From the NCBI GenBank assembly GCA_046726415.1, contig JBKPAK010000054.1, forward strand, positions 1 to 48,136: a stretch of DNA of 48,136 bases. The letters are read 5' to 3'. Origin of the DNA: Candidatus Methylomirabilota bacterium (GTDB taxonomy: Bacteria; Methylomirabilota; Methylomirabilia; Rokubacteriales; CSP1-6). Positions 37,432-47,887 of this stretch are shown in pieces (the first letter of the stretch is position 1; each line of letters opens with the position of its first letter). The notes under the pieces are model-generated. The model was not told the DNA's origin, did not search any database, and worked only from the letters and a program-made list of their open reading frames with translations. The translations under genes and the position numbers were made by a program.

Positions 37432-38898
37432 CCACGCCGGGCGCGCGAGCCTCTGCGGTACGCAGTGAAGCGCCGATCCCGAAAGAACTCGACGTAGCCT
37501 TCCGGCGCCGATCCATTCTCCTCCGACGGCCGCACGATCACGTCCGCCGGCGGAGCGTCGCGGGCATCCTCAGGCATCGTCCATTGCCCCCGACTCCGCA
37601 ACAGATCGCGGTAGCGAGCCTGATAGGTGCTGGTGGTCTGGTGGCCGCGGGCGGTCACGATGACCGAGCGCCGGTTCAACAGGTAGTCGGTGCCGGGGCT
37701 ATAGCAGCGTTCGCAGCGGACCGGCGGCGCCCCGCCCAGCGCCGCGATGGCGCGCGCGAGCGCCGCCCGAGTCCCCATCCGCGTGCAGATACAACCGCGA
37801 ATGACCGGCGACGAGCAGGGCGGGCGTGAAGAGGAGTATCAGCGCGATGGTGCTTCGCGCCCGACCCCTCACAGTGCTCCACGCCAGCGCCGCGAGCAGC
37901 GCGAGCGGCGGCAGGGCCGGCACGAGATAGGTGATGAGCTTGGATCGCGACAGCGAGAAGAAGACGAGCGGGAACACGACGAAGCCGAGGGCGACCGGCA
38001 CGGCCACGCCGCCGAGTGGATCGCCGGAATCGGCCGCGCGGCGCAGTCGCCCCGCGCTCCACGGAGTGCTGAGCGACCAGGGCAGCGCCCCCACGACCAG
38101 GGTGACCAGCGCGAACCACCACGGCTGCTGACGGCGAAACCCGCCGGTGGCCAAGCGCTGGAGGGACTCCTCGAGCAACGCGTAGCGCAGATACTCGGGA
38201 TGGCGAGCGCAGGCCAGCGCGAACCAGCCGCCGGCCAGCGCGATAACGATGGCCCAGCCCGGGAGCCAGCCAAGCCAGCGCATCGGCGCACGTGAGCGCA
38301 AGAAGAGGGCAGCGGCGAGGCTGCCCCCTGCGGCCCACGCGAGCATCACCGGCCCCTTGATGAGCACGCCGAGCGCCACGGCCACGAACATCGCCGCGCG
38401 CCGCCAGCCATTGGCGCCGAAGGCCAGTTCGCGGGCGAGCAGCGTCCACACCAAGGTCACGCACAGGGCGAGCGGCATGTCGAAGATCACGTAGGCCCCG
38501 ACGAACGCAAAGAGCGGCGCGGCGACGAGCAGGGCGGCGGCGCACCAGGCGAGCCGGGGTCCGCCCATGCGGTGGGCCAGCGCGGCGAGCGCGAGCAGGG
38601 TGGCCAGGGCCGAGATGATGGCCGGCACGCGGGGGGCCCAGCGCGTCGGCCCGAAGGCGTGGATGCTCAACGCAGCCGACCAGAACAGTCCGGGCGGCTT
38701 GTCGAGGTATGGCATTCCGGCGAGATGCGGAATGACCCAGTCGCCGGTCGCGAACATCTCGCTCGCCACCTGGGCGTTTCTTCCCTCGTCGGGATCGACC
38801 AACGGGAAGGAGGTGGCGAGGAAGAGCGAGAAACCCAGGCTCGTCGCGAGGGTCACGAGAAGCGCGACGTAATGCGCGCGCGGGGCGAGGGAAGCCAC
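37425..38898 (-). CDS. ArnT/PMT-like (GT83/GT39) membrane glycosyltransferase; frameshift at ~37765
   Basis: DPDEGRNAQVASEM, PYLDKPP, IFDMPL, LIKGPV, FFSLSRSKLITYLVP; C-terminus continues in ORF 37425-37778. Confidence 0.82.
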
Positions 38899-39142
38899 GA
38901 GCTAGGGGTAGCCGTGGCGCGGCGGCTCATGGACCGCTATTCGGTCCAGTCCCGCCTCGCTTCCCGTCCAAACCTTCTCGTGAGCCGGCGCCGCATCTTC
39001 TGATCTTATCTGCCGATACGCCGCCAGCGGAAAGTTCCCAGTGCCTCTCGACCATCTGCGTGGTCTTCGCGTGCTGAGGGCATTGCCTCGACCGGCATCA
39101 AAAGGAGCGTCATGGCCACGGCGGCCCGGCCGGTTCCTCGGG

Positions 39143-40570
39143 CTACGACTCGGGCGGCCGCCGCGCGGCCCAGGGGCGGAGCACTTCGAACGTTGCGGCG
39201 GCGCGGAGCACCAGCGCATCTTCCAGGCGGCGGCCGACGATCTGCAGGCCCACGGGCAGTCCGCTCGCCGTCCAGCCGGCCGGAACGGAGACGGCCGGCT
39301 GGCCGCTGTAGTTGAACGGGTAGCAGAGCGTCCAGCCGAGGTGGGTCACCTCGCGGCCGGCCACCTCGGACGGGCCGACCACGCCAAGCGGGAAGGCCGG
39401 CAGGCAGACAGTGGGAGTGAGCAGCAGATCGTATCGATCGAAGAACCGCCGCAGCGCGTCCACCAGCGCCTGGCGGGCGATCACTGCCTTGACGTACTCG
39501 ACCGCGGTCAGCCCGGCGTGGGCCTTGGCGTACGCCACCAGCGCAGGGTCCATCTGGGCCTTCTCCTCCGGCGACCGCGCAGCGTGAGCGCCAGCCTGGG
39601 CGCCGCCGTAGAGCGTCTGCAAGATCGGGCTCGGATCGTCCAGATCCGGACTCGCCTCCTCAACCCCCACGCCGACCTCCGCGAAGGCGCGGGCGGCGGC
39701 CGCGGCGATCTCCCGCGTCTCGCGCTCGACTGGGGCGAAACCGAGATCCGCCGACCAGGCGACCCGGACGGGCGCTCCACCGCGAGTACCGACGATCTGT
39801 TCGTCGCAGGCGGCCAGATAGTCCGTGTCGTCGTCGGGCAGGGCGAACGCATCGCGCCGGTCGTGACGGGCGATTGCGTTCATCATCAGCGCCACGTCGC
39901 GTACTGTCCGGGCGAGCGGACAGACGTGAGCGACAAGCTCGTGGCCACCCGCCGGCGGGTACATGGGCACTCGCCCGAAGCTTGGCTTCAGGCCAACGAG
40001 CCCGCAGAAGCTGGCCGGGATGCGGATCGAACCCGCTCCATCGGAGCCGAGCGCCAGCGGGCCCAGCCCGGCCGCCACCGCGGCCGCTCCCCCGCCGCTC
40101 GACCCTCCGGGCGTGCGGGTCAGATCCCAGGGGTTGCGGGACTCGCCGAACAGCCGATTGTCGGTCGACCCGCGCCAGGCGAACTCCGGGAGGTTGGTCC
40201 GGCCGATGAAGGTCGCTCCGGCCGCGCGTAGGCCAGCCACTGCCGGAGCGTCCTCGGGCGCGACGAACTCCGCCAGCAGGCGCGAGCCGAAGGTCGTGCG
40301 GTCGCCAGCCGTCCACTGGTTGTCCTTGATGGAGACGGGGACCCCGTGGAGAGGTCCCAGCGGCCTGCCGGCCATCACCGCCTTTTCGGCCTGGCGGGCT
40401 TCACCCAGTGCTCGCTCGGCGTGGACCATGACGTAAGCGCCGAGGCGCCCGTTGAGCCGGTCGATCCGATCGAGCGCGGCGCGGGTGATCTCGACGGGCG
40501 ACAGGGCGCGGCGGCGGATCAGTTCCGTCAGCTCGACGGCGGGGGTGAAGCAGAGGTCGGTCGCGTCCAC
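39143..40570 (-). CDS. Amidase signature family enzyme
   Basis: VSIKDN, TPGGSSGGGAAAVAAG, GSDGAGSIRIPA, GLPVGLQIVG. Confidence 0.93.
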   Translation of the reverse strand: MDATDLCFTPAVELTELIRRRALSPVEITRAALDRIDRLNGRLGAYVMVHAERALGEARQAEKAVMAGRPLGPLHGVPVSIKDNQWTAGDRTTFGSRLLAEFVAPEDAPAVAGLRAAGATFIGRTNLPEFAWRGSTDNRLFGESRNPWDLTRTPGGSSGGGAAAVAAGLGPLALGSDGAGSIRIPASFCGLVGLKPSFGRVPMYPPAGGHELVAHVCPLARTVRDVALMMNAIARHDRRDAFALPDDDTDYLAACDEQIVGTRGGAPVRVAWSADLGFAPVERETREIAAAAARAFAEVGVGVEEASPDLDDPSPILQTLYGGAQAGAHAARSPEEKAQMDPALVAYAKAHAGLTAVEYVKAVIARQALVDALRRFFDRYDLLLTPTVCLPAFPLGVVGPSEVAGREVTHLGWTLCYPFNYSGQPAVSVPAGWTASGLPVGLQIVGRRLEDALVLRAAATFEVLRPWAARRPPES

Positions 40571-40645
40571 GGGGACTCCTTATCCTCTCCTCTACTGCGT
40601 GATGCGGCGGGGCTCCGCCGGCCCGCGGCCGCGTCAAGTAGCCCG

Positions 40646-42991
40646 TCAGCGGGGTGCGGAGCGCAGTGCTTCGGCGAGCCGCCGGGCGGTGAACGGCTGA
40701 CGGCCGGCGTCGACGCCGAGCGGCGCCAGCGCGTCGGCGACGGCGTTCGAGACCGCCGCCGCGGCGCCCATCACGCCGCCCTCGGCCATTCCCTTGATGC
40801 CGAGTGGCGTGCTGGGGTCGGGCCGCTCGATGTGTTCGACCTCGAACGGCGGCATCCGCGAGGCGGTCGGTATCGCGTAGTCGAGGAACGTCGCGCTCCG
40901 ATTCTGCCCGTCCGCGTCGTAGACGACCTCTTCCAGGAGGACGCCCCCGAGGCCCTGGGTGGTCCCGCCATGAAGCTGCCCCTCGACGACGCGGGGGTTC
41001 AGCATCCTTCCGCAATCCTCGACGATCGTGTAACGCGGGATCGTCAGGGCGCCGGTCTCGCCGTCGATCTCGACCTGGCAGATGTGGGTCCCGCTCGAGA
41101 AGGTCAGGGGAGGCGGATCGAATGCGTGCGTCGCCTCCAGTCCCGGCTCCATCCCCGACGGCAGCTCTGTCGGGGCGAGGTACGCCTTCTGGGCGAGCTG
41201 CGAGATCGTCATGCCCGACCCGGGCGTCCCCCGCACACCAATCCGCCCGTCGACGAGTTCCAGATCTTCGAGCGGCGCCTCCAGGAGATGCGCGGCGATC
41301 CGCACCAGCTTCTGTTTCAGGATGCGGGCCGCCCCGAGCGCGGCGCCGGCGCTCACGACGCCGCCCCGAGCGCCGCGCGTCCCCATGCCGTACGGCGCGG
41401 CGGCCGTGTCCCCAGCCTGGACGCGCACCTTCTCGATCGGCACTCCTAGCTCATCGGCCATCGCCTGGGCGACGGTCGTCAGATGCCCCTGACCCTGACT
41501 GACGATGCCGATCTGGGCCGAGACGGCGCCGCTCGGTTCGATCCGAACGATCGCGGCGTCGTGCCCCGATCCGGGAATGCCGGCCGTCTTGTAGAACTCG
41601 GAGCCGTAGGTGTTCGGCTCGACGTACGTGGCCAGGCCGATTCCCGCGATCCGTCCGGCCGCGCGCGTTGTGGCCTGCTCGCGTCGGCGATCCGCGTAGC
41701 CGAATGTCGCGAGTGCCCGCTCCAGGGTGTCGCGCGGGTAGACCGACCGGTAGGTCAGCTCGGTCGCCGTCGCGTAAGGCAGATCGGCCTCCGAGAGCAT
41801 GTTTCGGCGCCGAACCTCGACCGGGTCCAGCCCGAGCGCTCGAGCCACCGCGTCGATCGTCCCCTCGGTCACCCAGCTGCAGATCAGCATCGGCGCGCGG
41901 TACGGACCGGCCGGGCACTTGTTGGTCAGGACGGCCGTGATCGCGTACCGGTAGTCGCGCAGCCGGTAGGCGCCGGGGATCATCATCCCGATGACGCGCG
42001 CCATGTAGTTGGCCGGGAAGTAGGCGTAGGCCCCGAAGTCGGTGAGGATCTTCGCGTCAAGGCCGACGATCGTGCCGTCGGACTTCACGGCAGCCCGGAC
42101 GTCGACGATGTCCTCGCGGGCGTGGAGCGAGGCGAGCAGGTTCTCGCGGCGCGTCTCGATCCAGCGCACCGGGCGGCCGAGCAGCCGCGAGGCCGCAGCC
42201 GTCGTCAGCTCTTCGCGGTAGAGCGGGATCTTCTGGCCGAAGCCACCGCCGACGTCGGGCGTGATCACCCGAACCGCGCTCTCCGCAATCCCGAGCCGGG
42301 CGGCCAGCGCCGAGCGCATCGGATGCGGGATCTGGGTCGAGTGCCAGAACGTCAGCGTCTCGTCGCCCGGCAGCCAGCTCGCCAGACAACCGCGCGGCTC
42401 CATCGGCGCGTGCGTCTGGCGGCCCTGGTGAAAGCGCACCTCGATCACCCGGTCGGCGGCGCCCAGCGCTGCCTCGACGTCGCCGTGGGCGAAGGCGCCG
42501 TGGTACGCGCGATTCAGGGGGATCGCCTCATCGACCCGTGGCAGGTCAGGATCCTGCGCGTGCTCCGGATCGACGACGGCCGGGATCGGCGCGTACTCGA
42601 CATCGACGAGCGCGCAGGCATCCTCGACCTGGTAGCGGTCCTCGCCGATCACACAGGCGACGAGATCACCGACGAAGCGGACCTTGTCCGTCGGGAGGGT
42701 CGCCATCTCCATCGGCAAGAGCCCCTCGATCGGCGGCGCGATCCGCAGCGGTGCTGTCGCTTGGGCCAGGTCGTGACCTGTCAGCACTACCGCGATGCCG
42801 GGCGCCCGCCGCGCGGCGTCGATGCCGATGCGGCAAAGCTTGGCATGGGCGTGCGGGCTGCGCACGAAGGCGGCGTGAAGCAGGCCCGGCGCCGTCAGGT
42901 CGCCGACGTAGCTGCCGCGCCCGAGGACCAGCTTGCGCGTCTCGCGCGGGCTCAGCGACGCGCCGACGTACGCCTGTGGCCGCTCGCTCAC
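40646..42991 (-). CDS. Xanthine dehydrogenase family molybdopterin-binding subunit (CoxL/CutL-like)
   Basis: RSPHAHA, APMEPRG, STQIPH, DVGGGFGQK, QGQGH, DCGRMLNP, KGMAE (catalytic Glu). Confidence 0.92.
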   Translation of the reverse strand: MSERPQAYVGASLSPRETRKLVLGRGSYVGDLTAPGLLHAAFVRSPHAHAKLCRIGIDAARRAPGIAVVLTGHDLAQATAPLRIAPPIEGLLPMEMATLPTDKVRFVGDLVACVIGEDRYQVEDACALVDVEYAPIPAVVDPEHAQDPDLPRVDEAIPLNRAYHGAFAHGDVEAALGAADRVIEVRFHQGRQTHAPMEPRGCLASWLPGDETLTFWHSTQIPHPMRSALAARLGIAESAVRVITPDVGGGFGQKIPLYREELTTAAASRLLGRPVRWIETRRENLLASLHAREDIVDVRAAVKSDGTIVGLDAKILTDFGAYAYFPANYMARVIGMMIPGAYRLRDYRYAITAVLTNKCPAGPYRAPMLICSWVTEGTIDAVARALGLDPVEVRRRNMLSEADLPYATATELTYRSVYPRDTLERALATFGYADRRREQATTRAAGRIAGIGLATYVEPNTYGSEFYKTAGIPGSGHDAAIVRIEPSGAVSAQIGIVSQGQGHLTTVAQAMADELGVPIEKVRVQAGDTAAAPYGMGTRGARGGVVSAGAALGAARILKQKLVRIAAHLLEAPLEDLELVDGRIGVRGTPGSGMTISQLAQKAYLAPTELPSGMEPGLEATHAFDPPPLTFSSGTHICQVEIDGETGALTIPRYTIVEDCGRMLNPRVVEGQLHGGTTQGLGGVLLEEVVYDADGQNRSATFLDYAIPTASRMPPFEVEHIERPDPSTPLGIKGMAEGGVMGAAAAVSNAVADALAPLGVDAGRQPFTARRLAEALRSAPR

Positions 42992-43121
42992 CTGGGACCT
43001 CCCTGTCCGGGCCGTCGCGCCGGGGCGCTCGGCCCGCGGCCGGCGCGATTGTACCGAGCGGCGGCCCGTACCTCAATGGAACGCACTCCTCGGAGCGGCG
43101 TCGCCGCGCGGGGGAATGTAC

Positions 43122-43571
43122 TCACGGCGGCGCCGTCTGGCGCAACCGGGTGTGAATGAACTGCAGCGCCATGCTGTAGCCCTGGGTCCCGAAGCCGCAC
43201 AACACCGCTTCGGCCACATCCGACAGATACGAGTGGTGGCGGAAGTTCTCGCGCTTGTAGATGTTCGAGATGTGAACCTCGACGAAGGGAATGCCGACGC
43301 CCGAGAACGCATCGCGGATCGCCACGCTGGTGTGAGTGAAGGCCCCCGGGTTGATCATCATGAACTTCACGCCTTCGGTGCGAGCAGCGTGGATGCGATC
43401 GACGATGGCGCCTTCGTGGTTGCTCTGGAAGCAGTCGAGCTCGATGCCAAGTTCCTTCGCCTGGGCGCGCAGGCTCGCCTCGACCTCGGCCAGCGTGGTC
43501 GAGCCATAAATCTTGGGCTCGCGGGTGCCGAGCAGGTTCAGGTTGGGACCATTGAGGACGACGACCTTCAT
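43122..43571 (-). CDS. aroQ: Type II 3-dehydroquinate dehydratase
   Basis: [54 protein letters not shown]. Confidence 0.97.
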   Translation of the reverse strand: MKVVVLNGPNLNLLGTREPKIYGSTTLAEVEASLRAQAKELGIELDCFQSNHEGAIVDRIHAARTEGVKFMMINPGAFTHTSVAIRDAFSGVGIPFVEVHISNIYKRENFRHHSYLSDVAEAVLCGFGTQGYSMALQFIHTRLRQTAPP

Positions 43572-43972
43572 CGCGGAGCCTCCCCGTTGACTTGGACGCG
43601 AGACGCGTGCGCCTCCTGGGTCATGCTCAGTAGGAAGAGGCCGCCCCCCGGGCTGACGGCGCCACGGGGCGTTGGTCATGGTCGTCGGGCTTGTCCAACA
43701 TCGCGCGGCCCATCACGGCAACCAGTGTACCGAGCACGCCCCCTGCGACGACCTCTTTCGCGCGCGCTGCGATCCGCCGGATCCTCCTGATCTTAGCCGC
43801 TCGAGGCGCGCCTGGAGGCCCTCGCCACCGGGGTACGGCCTCGATCCCTCGCGGGCCCCGCACCCGGGGCAGACGAGAACGCCACGAGACGTGTACTCTC
43901 AAGGCTCAGCCTTCCACGAGCGTGACCGCGTGACGAGGTGCGGGGCGAGGAGCCCCTGGCGGAGGATCGATC

Positions 43973-45583
43973 ATGAGCGGCATCGCGGTACTGAGCCCGG
44001 TGGGAATCAACCAGGTGACGTCGCAATCCATTGCGGGGCGACTCGCCTCGCTGGAGCGCGTCATCCTGGGAATCCTCAACAACGGCAAACCCAACTCGCG
44101 GTCACTGCAGGAGCGGATCGTGCAGTTGCTGGGCAAGCGACACACGTTCGCGGGCGTCGTCACCAAGCAAAAGCCCAGCGCGGCGGTGGGCGCCGAGCAG
44201 CTCGACGTCTACGCTCAGGAGGTCGGCGCGGTCATCACCGCGATCGGCGACTGAGGGTCGTGCACGTCGTGGTGTATCCACGACTCGGTCGAGCTCGAGA
44301 AGAAGGGTATCCCAACCGCGACCATCTGCACCGATGCCTTCGAGGGCCTGGCGCGGGAAGAGGCGAAGAACCTCGGTATGCCGGACCTCCCGCTGGTGAT
44401 TATCAAGCATCCGATCGGGGGCGAATCGCCTGAGGTCATTCAGCGACGGGCCGAGGACGCGGCGACGCACGTGCTCCGAGCCTTGACCGGAGGGCTCGAC
44501 CTTGGAAACGGCGCCCGGGTCTCGCGGAGCGAACCGGCTCGGGGACACCTCAGCTTCGCCAGGGACGATGAGGTGATGGAGGCCTACCACGCGCGGCGCT
44601 GGACGGATGGCCTGCCGTTCGTGTTGCCGACCGTGGAGCGCGTGCAGGCGATGGTCGCCGACTCGGGCCGGAGCGGCGCCGAGGTCATCGCCGTGGTGCC
44701 GCCGCGCTGGGCCGAGGCGACGGTGGAGAATGTTGCGATCAACGCGGTGATGGCGGGATGCGTGCCGTCGCACATGCCGCTGGTGATCGCCGCGGTGCAA
44801 GCGGCCTGCGATCCCGCGTTCGGGCTCTACAGTGTCCAGGCCACCACGCACCCGTGCGCAGTGCTCATGCTCGTCTCGGGACCCATCATTGGCGAGCTGG
44901 GCTTGAACTTCGCCCATGGCGCGCTGGGCCCGGGCTTCCGCGCCAACGCCGCCGCCGGCCGGGCCATCCGGCTGGTGTTGATGAACGTGGGCGGCGGCAT
45001 TCCGGGTCACGGCGACCAGGCCACGCACGGCTCGCCGGCCAAGTTCAGCTATTGCGTCGCGGAGAACGAGTCGGCCACGCCCTGGGAGCCGTTCCGGGTC
45101 ACCCGCGGATTCGGCCTCGGCGACAGCACGGTCACGGTGTTCTCGGGCGAAGGCCCCCACAACATCAACGACCACGTCTGCACCTCCGCGGTGACCACCC
45201 TCACCGTGGTCGCCGATACCATGACGACGGTCGGACACAACAACGCGGGCTCGGTCATCCGCGGCGACGTCCTGGTGGCCTTCGGCCCCGAGCACGCGCA
45301 CACGATTGCCTCGGGCGGCCTCTCCAAGCTCGACGTCCAGAAATTCCTTTTCGAGCGCGCCCGCAACAAGGTCGGTACCTTGAAGCTCCGGGCCATGTAC
45401 AAGGCGGGCAACTGGCCCGACTGGGTGGACTCCGAGGACGACGAGGCACTCTGTCCCATCGTCGGCGCGCCCGAAGACATCCACATCGTGGTGACCGGAG
45501 GCCCGGGCAAGCACTCGGCCTTCATCCCGACTTTCGGCACCTCGAAGTCGGTCACGCGCAGGATTGAGCAGGTCGAGCGCTGA
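43973..45583 (+). CDS. UGSC-family selenoprotein (Sec at UGA 44252-44254) fused to a ~370-aa conserved domain; 536 aa
   Basis: RBS GGAGG; ORFs 43973-44254 and 44378-45583 are in the same frame, separated only by TGA in AIGD-TGA-GSCTSWCIHDSVELEKKGIPT; SECIS-like hairpin follows. Confidence 0.85.
44255..44287 (+). promoter_or_regulatory. Bacterial SECIS element candidate
   Basis: Stem GTCGTGG/CCACGAC (44266-44272/44278-44284) with loop TGTAT starting 18 nt after the UGA; G at loop position 2 followed by U. Confidence 0.72.
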
Positions 45584-45662
45584 CAACGTCGGCCGCTCAG
45601 GCGACGCCGTCCTCGAGGGCGCCGCTCGACGAACACGACACAGAAGAAAAGGCAGGACACCC

Positions 45663-45998
45663 GTGGGCATCACGCGCTTGTACACCGGCTCGGATGGTCG
45701 ATCGCACCTGGAAAATCTGGATCCGGCCGCACATCCGGAGTTGACGACACTGCAGGCCACCAAGGGGGTCGTCTTCCGGGCGACGGAGCCCGGCCATTTT
45801 CACGACTGGCACAATGCGCCGCGCCGGCAGTACGTCATCACGCTGGAGGGCGAGGTCGAGATCGGCCTGGGCGACGGCACGGTGCACCGGTTCGGTCCGG
45901 GTCACGTGACCCTGGCGGAAGACCTGACGGGCCAGGGCCACACGACGCGCGTCGTGGGAAACTCGCGACGCCTCACGGCCACGATTCACCTGGCTTGA
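45663..45998 (+). CDS. Cupin-fold protein
   Basis: RBS GGCAGGA + GTG; TRLYTGSDGRSH, DWHNAPRRQYVITLEG, AEDLTGQGHTTR. Confidence 0.82.
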   Translation: MGITRLYTGSDGRSHLENLDPAAHPELTTLQATKGVVFRATEPGHFHDWHNAPRRQYVITLEGEVEIGLGDGTVHRFGPGHVTLAEDLTGQGHTTRVVGNSRRLTATIHLA

Positions 45999-46096
45999 GT
46001 ACAGGGAGCCTCGAGGGCCCTCCTTTATATTGGAGGACCTGGACCGGGGCGTTCCTCGATGCTCTCGCAGCTCGTGAGGCCGCCAAGGAGGAAGGG

Positions 46097-47068
46097 ATGC
46101 AAGCAATCGTCTTCGCGCAGACCGGTGGTCCCGAAGTGCTGACGCTCTCCGAGGCGCCGAAGCCCGACGTGCGCCCCGGGATGGTCCTCATCAAGGTCCA
46201 CGCGATCGGCGTGAACTTCGCGGACACGCGCTTTCGCCAGGGGACGTACGTCGCAAAGCCGAAGCTTCCGGACATCCCGGGAATGGAGGCGGCCGGCGTG
46301 ATCGAGGCCGTTGGCGACGGCGTGACGGACTTCCGGCCGGGTGCCCGCGTGGCGGCCTTCACCGTCAAGTCGTACGCGGAGTACTGTCAGGCTCCGGTGC
46401 CCATGGTCGTCCCGCTTCCCGATTTCGTGAGCTTTGTGGACGGCGCGGCGTTTCCGATCCAGGTGCTGACGGCCTATCACATGCTCCACACGGCGGACTC
46501 GACTGGCCCGGGCCGAACCGTCCTCGTCCACTCGGCGGCGGGCGGGGTGGGGCTCGCCGCGGTGCAGCTGGCCAAGGTTGCCGGCGCCCGTGTCTTCGGG
46601 ACGGTGTCGAGCGATGGCAAGGCGCAGCTCGCGAAGGATCACGGCGCCGACGCCGTCATCAACTACGCCACGGTGAAGTTCGCCGACGAGGTGTTGCGGT
46701 TGACCGAGGGCCGTGGCGTCGATCTGATTCTGGACGCGGTGGGGAAGCCGACGTTCGAGGAAGGACTGCGCTGTCTCGCCCCCTTCGGCCACCTCATCCT
46801 GTACGGGCGCGCCGGCGGGCCGACAGATCCCTTCAACCTCGCCGCGCTGTCCCCGAAATCTCAGAAGGTCAGTGGCTTCATGGTGCCCACGGTGACCAGA
46901 GGCTTCCCCGAGAAGACGCGCGAGAGCGCCAACCGTTGCTTCACCCTCATGCGCGAGGGTCGGCTGAGACTGCACATCGGAAAGACGTTCCCCCTCGCCC
47001 AAGCGGCCGAGGCGCATCGCTACCTCGAATCCCGACAATCGACGGGAAAGCTGATCCTGATCCCCTGA
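46097..47068 (+). CDS. NADPH:quinone oxidoreductase (MDR/zeta-crystallin family)
   Basis: RBS AAGGAGGAAGG; GVNFAD, PGMEAAG, HSAAGGVG, AHRYLESRQSTGKLIL. Confidence 0.92.
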   Translation: MQAIVFAQTGGPEVLTLSEAPKPDVRPGMVLIKVHAIGVNFADTRFRQGTYVAKPKLPDIPGMEAAGVIEAVGDGVTDFRPGARVAAFTVKSYAEYCQAPVPMVVPLPDFVSFVDGAAFPIQVLTAYHMLHTADSTGPGRTVLVHSAAGGVGLAAVQLAKVAGARVFGTVSSDGKAQLAKDHGADAVINYATVKFADEVLRLTEGRGVDLILDAVGKPTFEEGLRCLAPFGHLILYGRAGGPTDPFNLAALSPKSQKVSGFMVPTVTRGFPEKTRESANRCFTLMREGRLRLHIGKTFPLAQAAEAHRYLESRQSTGKLILIP

Positions 47069-47441
47069 GCGCGAGAGGCGAAGCATTCGCGAGAGAGTTC
47101 GGTAGAGTCAGGATTCGCGACGTAGGCAAGCTCTCGCGTTGACCGTTGCCGACGACTCGCGCCGCGGTGCAGCCAACGCCGGGCGCTTCCTCGGCCTTTG
47201 GACGACGAAATTCCGAGGGTCCGCTCACGTGTCCTTGAGCTTGCGCAGGAGCGCCGTCCGTGGCTAATCCATAGCCGCGGACGCGCAGTGCGTGATACCA
47301 TCATTGGCGCCGGCTCCCTCCTGTCCCTGACGATGAGTCAGGTTGCAAGAGTTTTCGCGTTCGGCGCTATGCCTCCCGTCATCGCGTCGCGTATCCCACG
47401 GGCTTCCGCACAGATTCTGATGAAGGGCGAGGACGAAAACC

Positions 47442-47660
47442 ATGAGCAAGGAAGACGCAATCGAGGTGGAGGGCAAAGTCGTCGAGCCGCTTCCCAACGC
47501 GATGTTCCGGGTGGAGATGGACAACGGCCACCGAGTACTCGCCCATGTTTCAGGCAAGATGCGGCTGCACCACATCCGGATCCTGCCTGGCGACAAAGTT
47601 ACAATTGAGCTGTCCCCGTATGACCTGACCCGAGGGCGGATCACGTACAGGTTCAGGTAG
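47442..47660 (+). CDS. infA: Translation initiation factor IF-1
   Basis: [24 protein letters not shown]...HVSGKMR...[26 protein letters not shown]. Confidence 0.98.
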   Translation: MSKEDAIEVEGKVVEPLPNAMFRVEMDNGHRVLAHVSGKMRLHHIRILPGDKVTIELSPYDLTRGRITYRFR

Positions 47661-47887
47661 AGAGCAGACCGGCCCCGGACGGTCGAGCAGACGCCGAAGC
47701 TCGACGCCCACTCCTGAGGTACTGGCGCCGTCCACTTTTCCTTCGAAGCGTGCCCTTCGCGGCTATCGGCGGGGCGCCAGATGCGGTATTCTGTCGCTCG
47801 GGCTCGAAGCTGCCGCGGTCAGCGATCGCCAGCGGCCGATCGCTGGTGCTTGGTTCTGCTCCGTAACCCCGTGGTAAACTTGGGCAT

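Noticed and set aside
40646-42991. Aerobic CO dehydrogenase coxL
   Set aside because: Lacks AYxCSFR, and coxM/coxS are absent
41483-43159. Long antisense or alternate-frame ORFs (also 44102-45763, 6586-8175, 30822-32039, 20520-21719)
   Set aside because: Shadow ORFs expected at high GC; they overlap well-supported genes and show no recognisable motifs
43627-43902. Possible small membrane protein upstream of aroQ
   Set aside because: Only a short hydrophobic stretch, with no convincing start, RBS or family
47415-47441. CTGATGA...GAAA upstream of infA as a hammerhead ribozyme
   Set aside because: The intervening AGGGCGAGGAC cannot form stem II and contains the RBS
47820-47845. Hairpin CAGCGATCG...CGATCGCTG as a REP element or ncRNA
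   Set aside because: I saw only one copy in the window, and such stems are common at this GC content
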